A DNA stretch of 64,000 nt from Candidatus Saccharimonadales bacterium (GCA_036279215.1 DASUJO010000032.1:313-64312); one strand, 5' to 3'. Shown: positions 44,408 through 55,890, counted from the first letter of the stretch. The notes: generated from the letters alone by a model not told the origin. Numbers and translations: made by a program.

Positions 44408-46495
44408 CTATTTGCCGGACTTGGCGATAATGCCTTCAGCCACATTCGGCGGAACGTCGGCATAGTGGTCGAGTTCCATGGTGCTCGAAGCCCTGCCTTG
44501 CGTCATGCTGCGCAAGTTAGTCGTGTATCCGAACATTTCGCCCAGCGGTACGAACGCTGTTATTTGCTTTATACCTGGGCTTAAGTCTTCCATGTTCTCA
44601 ATCCGGCCACGTTTGGAATTTAGGTCTCCAATAACATCGCCCATAAATTCTTCCGGTGTTATAGCCACTAGTTTCATAATCGGCTCAAGCAGTACCGGGC
44701 TGGCGCTTTTAACGGCATCTTGAAGCGCCATACTGCCGGCAATCTTAAAGGCCACCTCGCTGCTGTCTACATCGTGGAAACTGCCGTCATATAACTCCAC
44801 TTTCATATCTACAACCGGATAGCCGGCGATGACGCCGTTAGCCATCGCCTCTTCTACGCCGGAGCGTACAGCTGGAATGAATTCCGAAGGTATAACGCCG
44901 CCTTTGATGTTGTTTAGGAACTCAAACCCTTTGCCGGCTTCGTTTTGCGATACGCGCAGCCAGCAGTGCCCGTACTGTCCGCGGCCGCCGGTTTGGCGGA
45001 TATATTTGCCTTCCGCTTCAACGCCGTCTTTGCGGATAGTTTCGCGGTATGCTACCTGCGGCTGGCCGATGTTAGCGTCAACGCTGAATTCGCGCTTCAT
45101 CCTGTCCACGATTATTTCCAGGTGCAGCTCGCCCATTCCGGAGATAATAGTCTGTCCGGTTTCGTGGTCTACCTTGACCCGGAAAGTCGGGTCTTCTTCG
45201 GCCAGACGCGAAAGGGCTTGGCTCATTTTTTCCTGGTCGGCCTTAGTCTTTGGTTCGATGGCGATACTGACCGGCGGCTCGGGAAAATTAATACTTTCCA
45301 GCAAGACTGGCTTGTTGGGGTCGCAGAGAGTGTTACCGGTACTCGTACCCTTAAGCCCGACAATCGCGGCGATGTCGCCGGCTTCAACTTCGGATACTTC
45401 CTCGCGCTTATCGGCGAATAGCCTTACTATCCGGCCGACTCTTTCGCGTTCGCCGGTAGAACTGTTAAAGATGTAGCTACCGGCGGTTATTTTACCGGAG
45501 TATGCCCTGAAGAAAACTAACTTGCCGACAAACGGATCGGTTGCAATCTTAAACGCCAAAGCCGCAAACGGATCCGTAAGTTCCGGTTTGCGTTCGACTT
45601 CATCGCCGCTTTTGGGATCGGTGCCCCAGGTACTGCCTCGGTCCAGCGGGCTGGGAAGAAAATCATTTATGGCGTCGAGCAGTTTTTCGACAACCACGCC
45701 GCGGCCATCACCGCCGCTGACCGCAAAAAATTGGCCGGATAGCACCGCTTTGCGTACCGCCAACTTGATTTCCGCCTCAGTCAGGCTATCTTCGCCTTCC
45801 TCTAGATACTTTTCCAGCAGCGTATCATCCGATTCAACCGCCGCCTCTATCAGCAGGCTGCGGTATCGAGCCGCTTTTTCTTTCATATCATCTGGTATAT
45901 CGCTTTCGATAAGCTCTTTGTCCTGGAACTCTTTATAGCTATAAGATTTCATCGTTATCAGGTCCACTACGCCGCTCACCGATTGCTCGAAACCTATTGG
46001 CAGGTGTATCGGGTGCGCCCGGCGGTTAAGCCGCTGGTGTATAGTCTCCAGGCTTTTGTAAAAATCGCCGCCGGTTTGGTTGATTTTGTTTATGAAGCAA
46101 ATGCGCGGGACGTTATATTTATCAGCTTGCCGCCATACCGTTTCCGACTGGCTTTCCACGCCCATCTTGCCGTCGAACACCACAACCGCGCCGTCCAGCA
46201 CGCGCAATGAACGCTCAACTTCGACGGTGAAGTCGATGTGGCCCGGCGTGTCTATGATATTGATTTTGTGGTCTTTCCAAAATCCCGTAACAGCGGCGGC
46301 GGTGATAGTAATACCCCGCTCTTTTTCCTGCGCCATCCAGTCGGTCGTAGTTTCGCCTTCATGCACGGCGCCGATTTTATGCTTCAGGCCGGTGCGGTAA
46401 AGGATGCCTTCAGTAGTAGTAGTCTTGCCGGCGTCAATATGGGCGATAATACCGATATTGCGGACGCTCTCCAGCGGAAATTTTTTGTCAGCCAT
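44408..46495 (-). CDS. fusA: Elongation factor G
   Basis: [24 protein letters not shown] and NKINQ. 695 aa. Confidence 0.98.
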   Translation of the reverse strand: MADKKFPLESVRNIGIIAHIDAGKTTTTEGILYRTGLKHKIGAVHEGETTTDWMAQEKERGITITAAAVTGFWKDHKINIIDTPGHIDFTVEVERSLRVLDGAVVVFDGKMGVESQSETVWRQADKYNVPRICFINKINQTGGDFYKSLETIHQRLNRRAHPIHLPIGFEQSVSGVVDLITMKSYSYKEFQDKELIESDIPDDMKEKAARYRSLLIEAAVESDDTLLEKYLEEGEDSLTEAEIKLAVRKAVLSGQFFAVSGGDGRGVVVEKLLDAINDFLPSPLDRGSTWGTDPKSGDEVERKPELTDPFAALAFKIATDPFVGKLVFFRAYSGKITAGSYIFNSSTGERERVGRIVRLFADKREEVSEVEAGDIAAIVGLKGTSTGNTLCDPNKPVLLESINFPEPPVSIAIEPKTKADQEKMSQALSRLAEEDPTFRVKVDHETGQTIISGMGELHLEIIVDRMKREFSVDANIGQPQVAYRETIRKDGVEAEGKYIRQTGGRGQYGHCWLRVSQNEAGKGFEFLNNIKGGVIPSEFIPAVRSGVEEAMANGVIAGYPVVDMKVELYDGSFHDVDSSEVAFKIAGSMALQDAVKSASPVLLEPIMKLVAITPEEFMGDVIGDLNSKRGRIENMEDLSPGIKQITAFVPLGEMFGYTTNLRSMTQGRASSTMELDHYADVPPNVAEGIIAKSGK

Positions 46496-46497
46496 AT

Positions 46498-46803
46498 TTA
46501 CTCCCGGTTATCACTAATTAATGTCTGGTGTTTTTGGCGATTATCAAGCACATAGCGCCTTGGGTCATACTGTTCTAATACTACCCGTTTGCCTATTTCT
46601 TCCATTAACGACATGTATGGGAATTGCAGCGGGTCTTTCGGATTGGCAAACAGATAATATAGGTCGTAGCATCCGTCTTCTTCAACCGTCTGTGCCTGCA
46701 GCACGTTAAATTCACCTCCGGCTGAACGGTTCATCAGCCCAGCGACCTCGCTGTCATTCCAATGCGCGTAATAACTGGTCTCGGCACCTTTGAGCGGCGG
46801 CAT
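46498..46803 (-). CDS. Hypothetical protein (101 aa) wedged between rpsG and fusA
   Basis: ATG lies 1 nt after the rpsG TAA, and its TAA lies 2 nt before the fusA ATG. The fusA SD (GGGAG) sits inside its 3' end. No family recognised. Confidence 0.6.
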   Translation of the reverse strand: MPPLKGAETSYYAHWNDSEVAGLMNRSAGGEFNVLQAQTVEEDGCYDLYYLFANPKDPLQFPYMSLMEEIGKRVVLEQYDPRRYVLDNRQKHQTLISDNRE

Positions 46804-46804
46804 A

Positions 46805-47284
46805 TTAATTCCTGGCGAAGTGGGCGAAGGCGCGGTTCGCCTCGGCCATTCTGTGGGTGTCTTCTTTTTTCTTTACGGCAGCGCCGCCGGAGTTATAAGC
46901 ATCTACCAGCTCGGCGGCAATCCGGTCTTCCATGCTCATGCCTTTGCGCTCGCGGGCAGCCGCCACGAACCACATTATTGTCAAATGCTGCTGCCTTTGG
47001 CCTTTGACTTCAAATGGAATCTGGTAGTTAGCGCCGCCGACCCTTCGCGAACGGGTTTCCATGTGCGGCTGGATGTTTTTCATTGCCTGTTCATAAACTT
47101 CCAGCGGGTTCTGCACCTTTAGCTGGGCGGCGGCTTTCTGCATACCGTTATAAACCAGATGCTCCGCTAGCTCTTTCTTACCGTTCTGCATAACCCGGTT
47201 AATCAGCTTTGACACGGCAGTGCTGTTATACAGACGGTCAGCTTCCACCGGCCTGATAAGCGATTTTGTGACTTTACGGGGCAT
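46805..47284 (-). CDS. rpsG: 30S ribosomal protein uS7
   Basis: MPRKVTKSLIRPVEADRLYNS...ANRAFAHFA. Confidence 0.96.
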   Translation of the reverse strand: MPRKVTKSLIRPVEADRLYNSTAVSKLINRVMQNGKKELAEHLVYNGMQKAAAQLKVQNPLEVYEQAMKNIQPHMETRSRRVGGANYQIPFEVKGQRQQHLTIMWFVAAARERKGMSMEDRIAAELVDAYNSGGAAVKKKEDTHRMAEANRAFAHFARN

Positions 47285-47695
47285 TTATTTGGCCTTTTTT
47301 GCGCCGTATTTGCTGCGCCCTTTCTTGCGGTCGGAAACACCTTGCAAATCCAGGTTGCCGCGGACAATGTGGTAACGGACGCCCGGCAGGTCTTTTACAC
47401 GGCCGCCGCGTACCAAAACCACGGCGTGCTCCTGCAGGTTGTGGCCCTCGCCGCCGATGTAAGCCCAGACTTCCTGGCCGGTCGTAAGCCGCACCCGGGC
47501 AACTTTGCGCAGCGCTGAGTTCGGTTTCTTCGGCGTTTTGGTAGTTACGCGGATACAGACGCCCCTTTTAAACGGCGCCGATTTATCGTAGCTGACGGTT
47601 TTGAGGTTGTTAACAATACGGTTCAATGCCGGCGAGGCCGACCTTTTGGCGGTTTGCTTGCGCGGTTTGCGGATTAATTGGTTAACGGTTGGCAT
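47285..47695 (-). CDS. rpsL: 30S ribosomal protein uS12
   Basis: [13 protein letters not shown]...[16 protein letters not shown]. The track ORF starts 2 codons earlier, at 47701. Confidence 0.96.
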   Translation of the reverse strand: MPTVNQLIRKPRKQTAKRSASPALNRIVNNLKTVSYDKSAPFKRGVCIRVTTKTPKKPNSALRKVARVRLTTGQEVWAYIGGEGHNLQEHAVVLVRGGRVKDLPGVRYHIVRGNLDLQGVSDRKKGRSKYGAKKAK

Positions 47696-47716
47696 AGACA
47701 AAAAATTCTACCATTT

Positions 47717-50700
47717 TTACTCTTTAGCGGCAACACCTTCGGCCTCTTGGTCGTCGCCGGCGCCGGTACCTACCGGAATCAAGCGGCCAAGTATGACGTT
47801 TTCTTTAAGGCCGTACAGGTTATCAACCCGGCCGCTGGTGGCGGCTGAAATCAATACTCTGGTTGTGTCCTGGAAAGACGCGGCTGATAGGAATGACTCT
47901 GTACTCAGCGAAGCCTTAGTGATACCCAGCAGAAGCTGCGTGTACTTAACCGGCTTTTTATTCTGCTTTACCAGCTCGGCGCTGATTTCGTCTGCCGCCC
48001 AGCGGCTTACGACGTCGCCGGTAATGAATTCGCTGTCGCCGGAATCTTCTACCTGTACGCGGCTGAACATTTGGCGGACTATAACTTCAAGATGCTTGTC
48101 GGCAATAGTTTGCCCTTGGCTGGCGAAAATATACAGTACTTCATTCATGATGTAGCGCTGGGTATCTTCGATTCCGCGCAGACGCATCAGGTCGTGCAGA
48201 TTTATGGAACCATTTGTAAGCCGGGCGCCGGCTTCCACGAGATCACCGTCGGCGACAACCAGCTGCCTGAATCCTGGAATTTCATAACGCATGATGCTTT
48301 TGGCAGTCGGCGCAAGCGTCACTGTGCCATCCTGGACCGATACTTTGCCGGTGAACGGCGCGGTTATCGGCTCGGAGCCGTCTTCGTTAGCGGCTATCAC
48401 GTCGCCGAGTTCAACCTCATCGCCGTCGGCAACTCTAGCTTGGCGTTCGTTAAGTTCAAAATCGACTTTCTTTTGTTTCTTGGCGGTTACCTGGACGATG
48501 TATTGGTCGCCCTCTTCCCAGACGTTTACAATTCCGCTGATGTCGCTAAGGTATGCCTGGCCCTTCGGAGTTCTGACTTCCAAAAGCTCTTCCACGCGGG
48601 TAAGGCCTTGGGTTACATCGTCGCCGGCTGTAACCGCGCCGGCGCGGTGCTTGGAGTCAAGCGACAGCTGGGTGCCCGGTTCGCCGATGCTTTGGGCGGC
48701 GATAACGCCTACCGGATGGTCGCCAGCAACCAGCGTACCGGTTGCCAAGTCCACGCCGTAAGATTTGCGGGTGACGCCGCGCGCCTTGGTACAGCTTAAG
48801 ACGCTCATGATTTTGACGCCTTCAACCGATTGGTCTTCGGCGATCTGCTTGGCCGTATCGGCCGAAATCATCTCGCCTCTTTTGACATACTTCTTTACGC
48901 TTTCGGCTGCAAACCGGCCTTCAAGCCGCTGGCCGAAGTCGGTGCCGATTGCTTCTGAATCCGACCGTAAAATAGCAAATCCGGGATCGTCGTCGTCTTC
49001 GTCTATCGTAAAGACGTCTTGCGCTACATCAACCAGCCGGCGGGTCAGATAGCCCGAGTCGGCTGTTCGGAGCGCAATGTCCACTAATGATTTCCGCGTA
49101 CCCCTGGTGGCCGTAAAGTACTCAAGCGGGTCAAGACCGTATTTGTAATTGCTTCTTACCGGCAGCTCCATTGCCCGGCCGGTTGCGTCGGCGCGGATGC
49201 CGATCATTCCGACGGAATCTTTCATCTGGCTTAGGTTGCCTCGGGCACCGGAAGCCACAGCTATCGACATAGTGTTTTCTTCTGTAGCGAACTGCTCCGC
49301 CAATGACTTTTCTACCTTTGAGTCGACGTCGGTCCATGTGTCTATCGTCAAACGGTACCGCTCGTCATCGGTGATGAATCCTTCACCGAATTGTTTGCTG
49401 ATTTCAGCCGCCCGTTTTTCGCCCTCGTTTACAATGCTCTTCAATTCCTTAAGGTCCTGGAAGTCTTCCATACCGATTGACAGGCCGGAGAACGTCGCGT
49501 ATTTAAAACCAAGGTCTTTCAAATCGTCGGCAATTCGCGAAGTTTCTTCCTGTCCGTAGCGCTGGTAAGTCAAACTCATTACTTCATCAAGCTTTTTGCT
49601 TGTCATAGGAACGTTCTGGTACGGAAAATCGTCGGGGAATATCTCGTTGAAAAGCAGGCGTCCCAAAGTTGTTTCCAAGTTCTGGCCGCGAAAATTAGCC
49701 AAGATAGGTGTCTGCAGCATAATTTGGCCTTCGTCGAAAGCTATCAAAGCCTCGTCAATGCCTGAATAAGGCTCCGGCTTATCTTTGGCGCTGCCTTTCT
49801 TAAGAAATGTAATGTAGTAACAGCCCAAGACGATGTCCTGCTCTACGTGTAGGATTGGCGAGCCGTCGGCCGGTTTCAGCAGGTTGCGGTTTGACGCCAT
49901 GATGTTATGTGCTTCTTCCTGCGCTTCGCCCGACAGCGGCAAGTGCACAGCCATCTGGTCGCCGTCAAAGTCGGCGTTAAATCCTTTACAGACCAGCGGG
50001 TGCAGCTGGATAGCCTTGCCCTCAATCAGAACCGGCTGGAACGCCTGGATGCTCAGGCGGTGGAGGCTGGGAGCCCGATTCAGCAATACGTACTTGTTTT
50101 TGATTACCTCGTCAAGCGCGTCCCAGACCACTGCGTCGTCGCTTTCTATCATGCGCGTAGCGCTGCGGATATTGTGAGCCAGTTCCTGGTCAATCAACCG
50201 CCCGATAACGAACGGCTTGAACAGCTCAAGCGCCATGGTTTTAGGCAGGCCGCACTGGAACATCTTAAGCTCAGGCCCGGCAACGATAACGCTGCGGCCC
50301 GAATAATCTACTCTTTTACCCAGCAGGTTCTGGCGGAATCGCCCTTGTTTACCCCTTAGCATGTCGCTCAGGCTCTTCAGGCGGCGCCTTTGGCCGGTAG
50401 CCGCCACCGCCCGGCCAGAACGGGCGCTGCTGTTGTCTACCAGAGCATCTACCGCTTCCTGGAGCATCCGCTGTTCGTTTCGCCGGATAACTTCCGGCGC
50501 GTTCAGTTCTATCAATTTTTTAAGCCTGTTGTTGCGGTTGATTACCCGGCGATACAGGTCGTTTAAGTCGGAAGTGGCAAACCGGCCGCCGGTAAGCTGT
50601 ACCATTGGCCGCAGGTCAGGTGGAATAACCGGCAGGACGCTTACGCACATGCTGCTGGGCTTAATGCCGGCGCGGTGCATACTTTCCAGCAGCCTCAGCC

Positions 50701-51529
50701 GCTTCATTATCTTTTTCTTGCGCTGGCCCTTGGCCTCTTCAGCTTCTTTGGTAAGCGATTTTATCAGTTTGGTCAGCTCTACGCCGTCTAGCAGCTCTTT
50801 TAGCGCCGCGCCGCCCATGCCCACGCTGATCGCCGACTGCAGGTCGTTAGGCAGGTTGCGGTAATCGGTTTCGCTCAGCAGATTCAGCTTGTCAAGCACG
50901 CTAACTTGGCGGTTGAATTCTTCTGCCTCTGCTGCCAGCTCTTCCAGTTCCTTGGTTTGGGCTTCTGCCAGAGTATGTACGTCGGCATTTTTCTTTGCTG
51001 CGTCTTTCTCGTACTTTTCCTTGATTTTGGCTTCTTTGGCCTTGAACTGGGCATCGCGGTCGGCTTTTGCCTTATCGATCTTCTGCTTATCAATCTCTTT
51101 AATGACATAGCTGGCAAAATAAGCGATGCGCTCAAGGTTTTTAACGGTGACTCCAAGCAGCAGGCCGATAGCTGATGGCGTGCCGCGCAAAAACCAAATA
51201 TGCGCCACCGGTGAAGCCAGGCTGATGTGCCCCATGCGTTCGCGGCGCACAATGCTTCGGGTAACAATCTCGCCGCGCTTATCGACCGCCATATCGCGGC
51301 TGCGTATGCCTTTATAGCGGGCGTCATGCGGGTTGATGTCTTTAACCGGGCCGAATATACGCTCGTCAAATAAACCATCGCGTTCCGGCTTCTGTGTGCG
51401 GTAGTTGATTGTTTCCGGCTTGGTGACTTCGCCGTAACTCCACTCCAAGATGTCCTCGGGGCTGGCAATTGCCAAACGCACCGCGTCAAAATCGCTGATG
51501 TTCGTCCCTCTAGAGTTGTAATTTCGCAT
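47717..51529 (-). CDS. rpoC: DNA-directed RNA polymerase subunit beta prime
   Basis: NADFDGDQMAVH catalytic motif. 1270 aa. Confidence 0.98.
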   Translation of the reverse strand: MRNYNSRGTNISDFDAVRLAIASPEDILEWSYGEVTKPETINYRTQKPERDGLFDERIFGPVKDINPHDARYKGIRSRDMAVDKRGEIVTRSIVRRERMGHISLASPVAHIWFLRGTPSAIGLLLGVTVKNLERIAYFASYVIKEIDKQKIDKAKADRDAQFKAKEAKIKEKYEKDAAKKNADVHTLAEAQTKELEELAAEAEEFNRQVSVLDKLNLLSETDYRNLPNDLQSAISVGMGGAALKELLDGVELTKLIKSLTKEAEEAKGQRKKKIMKRLRLLESMHRAGIKPSSMCVSVLPVIPPDLRPMVQLTGGRFATSDLNDLYRRVINRNNRLKKLIELNAPEVIRRNEQRMLQEAVDALVDNSSARSGRAVAATGQRRRLKSLSDMLRGKQGRFRQNLLGKRVDYSGRSVIVAGPELKMFQCGLPKTMALELFKPFVIGRLIDQELAHNIRSATRMIESDDAVVWDALDEVIKNKYVLLNRAPSLHRLSIQAFQPVLIEGKAIQLHPLVCKGFNADFDGDQMAVHLPLSGEAQEEAHNIMASNRNLLKPADGSPILHVEQDIVLGCYYITFLKKGSAKDKPEPYSGIDEALIAFDEGQIMLQTPILANFRGQNLETTLGRLLFNEIFPDDFPYQNVPMTSKKLDEVMSLTYQRYGQEETSRIADDLKDLGFKYATFSGLSIGMEDFQDLKELKSIVNEGEKRAAEISKQFGEGFITDDERYRLTIDTWTDVDSKVEKSLAEQFATEENTMSIAVASGARGNLSQMKDSVGMIGIRADATGRAMELPVRSNYKYGLDPLEYFTATRGTRKSLVDIALRTADSGYLTRRLVDVAQDVFTIDEDDDDPGFAILRSDSEAIGTDFGQRLEGRFAAESVKKYVKRGEMISADTAKQIAEDQSVEGVKIMSVLSCTKARGVTRKSYGVDLATGTLVAGDHPVGVIAAQSIGEPGTQLSLDSKHRAGAVTAGDDVTQGLTRVEELLEVRTPKGQAYLSDISGIVNVWEEGDQYIVQVTAKKQKKVDFELNERQARVADGDEVELGDVIAANEDGSEPITAPFTGKVSVQDGTVTLAPTAKSIMRYEIPGFRQLVVADGDLVEAGARLTNGSINLHDLMRLRGIEDTQRYIMNEVLYIFASQGQTIADKHLEVIVRQMFSRVQVEDSGDSEFITGDVVSRWAADEISAELVKQNKKPVKYTQLLLGITKASLSTESFLSAASFQDTTRVLISAATSGRVDNLYGLKENVILGRLIPVGTGAGDDQEAEGVAAKE

Positions 51530-51530
51530 C

Positions 51531-54500
51531 TTATTTCTCCTCCCCGGCTAAATCTTCTTCGGTCGGCACGCTGACAGTTCCTTCGGCGGTATTAAGTTCT
51601 GTTTCAACCAGCGGTATATCGGCAACCGATTCGGCTTCGGCAGCGCCGGCGCCGGCCGCCGGTGTTTGGGCAGGCGCCTCTATACTTGGCGAGTGCTTAG
51701 CTTCATATTTAATGTTCTCGGCCAATATCTGTTCGGCATCAACCACCTTGCCTTGTTCCATCAAGTCGACTTTCAATCCTAGGCCCTGGAGCTCTTTAAC
51801 TAACACGTTGAAGCTTTCCGGCACTTTCGGCCCCTGGATTTCGGTACCTTTTATGATGCTCTCGTAAGCTTTGGCGCGTCCGTAAACGTCGTCGGATTTG
51901 ATAGTCAGCATTTCCTGTAGCGTATGCGCCGCGCCGTATGCTTCCAGCGCCCAGACTTCCATTTCGCCGAACCGCTGGCCGCCGTTTTGGGCTTTGCCGC
52001 CCAGCGGCTGCTGCGTGACCATAGTGTAAGGGCCTGTACTGCGGGCGTGGATCTTATCCGACACCATGTGGTTAAGCTTGATTATGTACATATAGCCGAC
52101 GGTTGTCCGCTCGCGGAAGGCTTCGCCGGTGCGGCCGTCGTAGAGCTGCTGTTTGCCGTCTTCCGGCAGGCCGGCTTGCTTTAAAAGTTCCTGGATCTTG
52201 CTTATCGGCACTCCGTTGAAAGCCGGGCTGGCTACCCGGATTCCTAGCGCGTGCGCCGCCATACCTAAATGCGTCTCGAACAGCTGGCCGATGTTCATGC
52301 GCGACGGCACGCCCAGTGGGTTTAGGATAATGTCTACCGGCGTACCGTCTTCGGTAAACGGCATATCTTCGGCTGGCAGGATCCTGGCGATAACGCCTTT
52401 GTTGCCGTGGCGGCCGCCCAGCTTGTCGCCGACGGAAATCTTGCGCATCTGGGCGACGAATACTTGGATCTGCATTATTACGCCTGCTTTAAGCTCGTGC
52501 CCGGAGGCGCGCGAAAATACTTTAACGCCGACCACTTTCCCGTGGCGGCCCGGGCTCATACGCTGGGAAGTATCGCGGACTTCTTTGGCTTTTTCGCCGA
52601 AAATGGCGCGCAGCAGCCGCTCTTCGCTTGACAGCTCCTGCTCGCCTTTGGGTGTAATTTTGCCGACTAGTATGTCACCGGGGTGCACTTCCGCGCCGAT
52701 ACGTACAATACCGTCTTCATCAAGGTGCCTTAGGGCATCTTCCGAGACATTAGGTATGTCGCGGGTGACGATTTCCGGTCCAAGCTTTGTTTCGCGGACC
52801 TCTGTCATGAAATCAACAATATGTATAGATGTAAGCGTATTATCTTCAACCAGCCGCCGCGAGATAATTATGGCGTCTTCGAAGTTATAGCCGGACCATG
52901 GCATAAACGCCACCATCAGGTCTTTACCAAGCGCCAGCTCGCCGCCGTCGATGCTCATTCCTTCTATCAGCGGCTGTCCGGCCTTGACCTTGTCACCGGT
53001 ATTAACGGCTACCACCTGGTTAATAGAACTGCCTTCATTGCTGCGAACAAAATGGTCAGGGATAAATGACGCTTTTTTACCTGACTTGTATTTGACAGTG
53101 ACTTCATCAGACGCGGCTTTGGTAACTTCGCCGTCTTCGGCGGCCAGTACCATTTGGCCGGTATTACGGGCCACGACCGACTCAAATCCGGTACCGACAA
53201 TCGGCGCCTGCGATTTAATCAGAGGGACTGCCTGCCTCTGCTGGTTTGAACCCATCAGTGATCGCAAAACGTAATTTTTTTCGATAAATGGAATAAGCCC
53301 GGCGCTGGAGCCAATTGTCTGGGACAAGCCGGAGTCCAAATGCGTCACGTCATCAGCGTCAACTTCGCTGGGGTTTAACCGCACTCGGGCGCTTACTCGG
53401 GCTTCTTTGAAGTAGCTGTTGGCGTCAACTTCGTTTCCGGCGCCGGCAATAACTGCCTGCTCTTCCTCGGCGGCATCCAAAAATACGATTTCATCGGTCA
53501 GCTTGGCTTTGACCGGCCAGGTTTTTTGATCTTTGGCTGCGGCCAGCTTCTTTGCGGCGGCCGGGCTTATTACTGCCCCTCTCTTGACTATCAAGGTCCC
53601 GCGTTCATTCTTGAGGTCGGCGGCGGCGATATGACCGGCGGCGTCTTTGGCGGTAACGGCATTTATTACCCGCCTGTAAGGCGTTTCTATGAAGCCGTAC
53701 TCGTTTATGCGTGCAAAGCTAGCCAAGTTTAGCACCAAGCCGATATTGGCGCCTTCGGGTGTTTCTACCGGACAGATGCGCCCATAGTGGGTGGCATGGG
53801 CGTCGCGGACTTCAAAGCCGGCACGTTCGCGGCTAAGGCCGCCGGGGCCCATCGAGCTAAGACGGCGCTTGTGCGCCAGTTCGGAGAGCGGGTTGATCTG
53901 GTCCATGAACTGGCTAAGCTGTGAGCTGGCAAAGAATTCGCGGACGGCCGCCACCACCGGGCGGGCGTTTATAAGCTGCGTAGGCGTAACAGTTTCGATT
54001 TCGCTCATGCTCATCCGGTCTTTGGCGTTGCGTTCCATGCGCAGCAAGCCGATGCGGAACTGGCGCTGGACTAGCTCGCCTACCAGTTTTACTCGGCGGT
54101 TAGCCAGCGAATCTATCTCGTCGGCCGGCTCCTGGGTGTTATTAAGCCTGATTATTTCAGAAATAATAGCGGTTAAATCTTCAATCCTGACAACGCGGTT
54201 CTTGGTGGTATTAGGAACATCCAAATCCAGGCGCTTGTTTAGCTTATAACGTCCTACGCGGCCAAAGTCGAACCGCTTGAAGTTATAAAGCATATTCTCT
54301 ATCAGCGAACGGGCGTTGTCTACGGTCGCCAAATCACCGGGCCGTAAGCGGCGGTATACCTCTATCAGCGCCTCGTTGGCGCTGCCGGACGGGTCTTTTT
54401 CGAAAGTATTATCTATGTAATTCACGCTGCCTTGGTCCACATGTTTAAACGTGTCCTTTATCTGCTCACGGGTCATGCCCAGGGCCTGCAAAAGAGTAGT

Positions 54501-55073
54501 CACGGCGATTTTACGCTTTCGGTCAATCTTGACGTAAAGCGCACCGCCGGATGCCGTTTCAAATTCCAGCCATGCTCCCCGCACCGGAATAACTTTAGCG
54601 CCGTATAAATTGGTAGTTCCGTGGGGGTCGGCGGTAAAGAATACACCCGATGAGCGTATAAGCTGGCTTACGACCACCCGTTCAGCGCCATTAATTACAA
54701 ACGTTCCGCGGCTGGTCATCCAGGGATAATCACCAAGGTAAATTTCTTGTTCTTTTACTTCGCCGGTTACTTTGTTTGTCAGCTCGACAATCGCTTTAAG
54801 CGGCGCTTCGTAGCTTACGTTGTTTTCGCGCGCCTCGGATTCGGTCATCTTCGGCTGTTCAAAATGGTATTTTTTGAAGCTTAAACTTAGCTTTGTACCG
54901 GTGTAATCGTCTATAGGGCTGATTTCTTCCAGCAGCTCGCCTAAACCTTCTTTTATAAACCAATCGAAAGAAGTGCTCTGGTGCGATACCAGGTCTGGCG
55001 CCTCCAGAACCTCATCGATCTTTGTAAAGTATTGTCTTGGTGTTGCGTCCTGAGTCTTTGCTTTGGCCATCAA
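51531..55073 (-). CDS. rpoB: DNA-directed RNA polymerase subunit beta
   Basis: 1180 aa. Contains GDKLGGRHGNKGV and GEMEVWALEAYGAAHTLQE. Confidence 0.98.
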   Translation of the reverse strand: MMAKAKTQDATPRQYFTKIDEVLEAPDLVSHQSTSFDWFIKEGLGELLEEISPIDDYTGTKLSLSFKKYHFEQPKMTESEARENNVSYEAPLKAIVELTNKVTGEVKEQEIYLGDYPWMTSRGTFVINGAERVVVSQLIRSSGVFFTADPHGTTNLYGAKVIPVRGAWLEFETASGGALYVKIDRKRKIAVTTLLQALGMTREQIKDTFKHVDQGSVNYIDNTFEKDPSGSANEALIEVYRRLRPGDLATVDNARSLIENMLYNFKRFDFGRVGRYKLNKRLDLDVPNTTKNRVVRIEDLTAIISEIIRLNNTQEPADEIDSLANRRVKLVGELVQRQFRIGLLRMERNAKDRMSMSEIETVTPTQLINARPVVAAVREFFASSQLSQFMDQINPLSELAHKRRLSSMGPGGLSRERAGFEVRDAHATHYGRICPVETPEGANIGLVLNLASFARINEYGFIETPYRRVINAVTAKDAAGHIAAADLKNERGTLIVKRGAVISPAAAKKLAAAKDQKTWPVKAKLTDEIVFLDAAEEEQAVIAGAGNEVDANSYFKEARVSARVRLNPSEVDADDVTHLDSGLSQTIGSSAGLIPFIEKNYVLRSLMGSNQQRQAVPLIKSQAPIVGTGFESVVARNTGQMVLAAEDGEVTKAASDEVTVKYKSGKKASFIPDHFVRSNEGSSINQVVAVNTGDKVKAGQPLIEGMSIDGGELALGKDLMVAFMPWSGYNFEDAIIISRRLVEDNTLTSIHIVDFMTEVRETKLGPEIVTRDIPNVSEDALRHLDEDGIVRIGAEVHPGDILVGKITPKGEQELSSEERLLRAIFGEKAKEVRDTSQRMSPGRHGKVVGVKVFSRASGHELKAGVIMQIQVFVAQMRKISVGDKLGGRHGNKGVIARILPAEDMPFTEDGTPVDIILNPLGVPSRMNIGQLFETHLGMAAHALGIRVASPAFNGVPISKIQELLKQAGLPEDGKQQLYDGRTGEAFRERTTVGYMYIIKLNHMVSDKIHARSTGPYTMVTQQPLGGKAQNGGQRFGEMEVWALEAYGAAHTLQEMLTIKSDDVYGRAKAYESIIKGTEIQGPKVPESFNVLVKELQGLGLKVDLMEQGKVVDAEQILAENIKYEAKHSPSIEAPAQTPAAGAGAAEAESVADIPLVETELNTAEGTVSVPTEEDLAGEEK

Positions 55074-55278
55074 AAAGCAATGCTCCCCTTCATTGAGTTA
55101 ATTAAGTTATAACTTGAGTCTTTTTAGTTTGAGCGAAGCCCACTACGTTCAATGCTTGTTTACTAGGCACCGGTTTATGACACCAAAATAGCACCAAAGT
55201 ACTCTACTTCTTAGAACTAGAGTATAGAATTATGAATCAAGAATCAAGGGATTGTTCAAAAAAGTGTTGTAGAATAGT

Positions 55279-55890
55279 CTATCTACTGGCTATTACTTTG
55301 TCAACGATGCCGTATTTCTTGGCTTCATCTGCGGTCATCCAGTAGTCGCGGTCCATATCTTTCTCTATTCGGCTTAAGGGCTGGCCGGTATTTTTAGCCA
55401 TGATTTCGTTAATCAGTCGCTTGATTCGCAATCCTTCTTTAAGGCCGATTTCCAAATCGGTAATTTTGGCGCGTTCTGATGCGGAGCTCGGCTGGTGGAT
55501 CATCACAGTGGCGTTTGGCAGCAACAGGCGTTTGCCTTTGGCCCCGCTGGAAAGCAATATGGCGGCGGCCGACGCCTGCACGCCTATGCCCACGGTCTGG
55601 ATATCGGGTTTGACGTACTTCATGGTGTCATAAATGCCTAGGGCGTCGTATACGCTGCCGCCCGGGCTGTTAAGATAGAGCGTTATATCCTTATTGGAAT
55701 CTTCATTTTCTAGAAATAACATCTGGGCGACTACCAAGTTGGCAGTATGCTGGTTTACCTCATCGCCTAAAAAGATTATTCGGTCGCGCAGCAGCCGGCT
55801 GTATATATCATAAGCCCGCTCAAAGCGGCCCTCTTGCTCGATAACTGTCGGAACGAGTATCTGCGATTTTGGATTGCTCATACCATCCAT
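55279..55890 (-). CDS. clpP: ATP-dependent Clp protease proteolytic subunit
   Basis: [30 protein letters not shown] (Ser) and MIHQP (His). ATG 55881 is an alternative start. No adjacent clpX. Confidence 0.93.
   Translation of the reverse strand: MDGMSNPKSQILVPTVIEQEGRFERAYDIYSRLLRDRIIFLGDEVNQHTANLVVAQMLFLENEDSNKDITLYLNSPGGSVYDALGIYDTMKYVKPDIQTVGIGVQASAAAILLSSGAKGKRLLLPNATVMIHQPSSASERAKITDLEIGLKEGLRIKRLINEIMAKNTGQPLSRIEKDMDRDYWMTADEAKKYGIVDKVIASR

Noticed and set aside
50884-51489. 201-aa minus-strand ORF in an alternative frame inside rpoC
   Set aside because: A same-strand out-of-frame ORF fully embedded in rpoC. The composition is Arg/Ser-rich frame-shift-like, with no start context.
52153-52890. 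245-aa plus-strand ORF opposite rpoB (also 52951..53274 and 53791..54249)
   Set aside because: Shadow frames of a long conserved gene. They are Ser/Pro/Arg-rich, which is typical of antisense translation.
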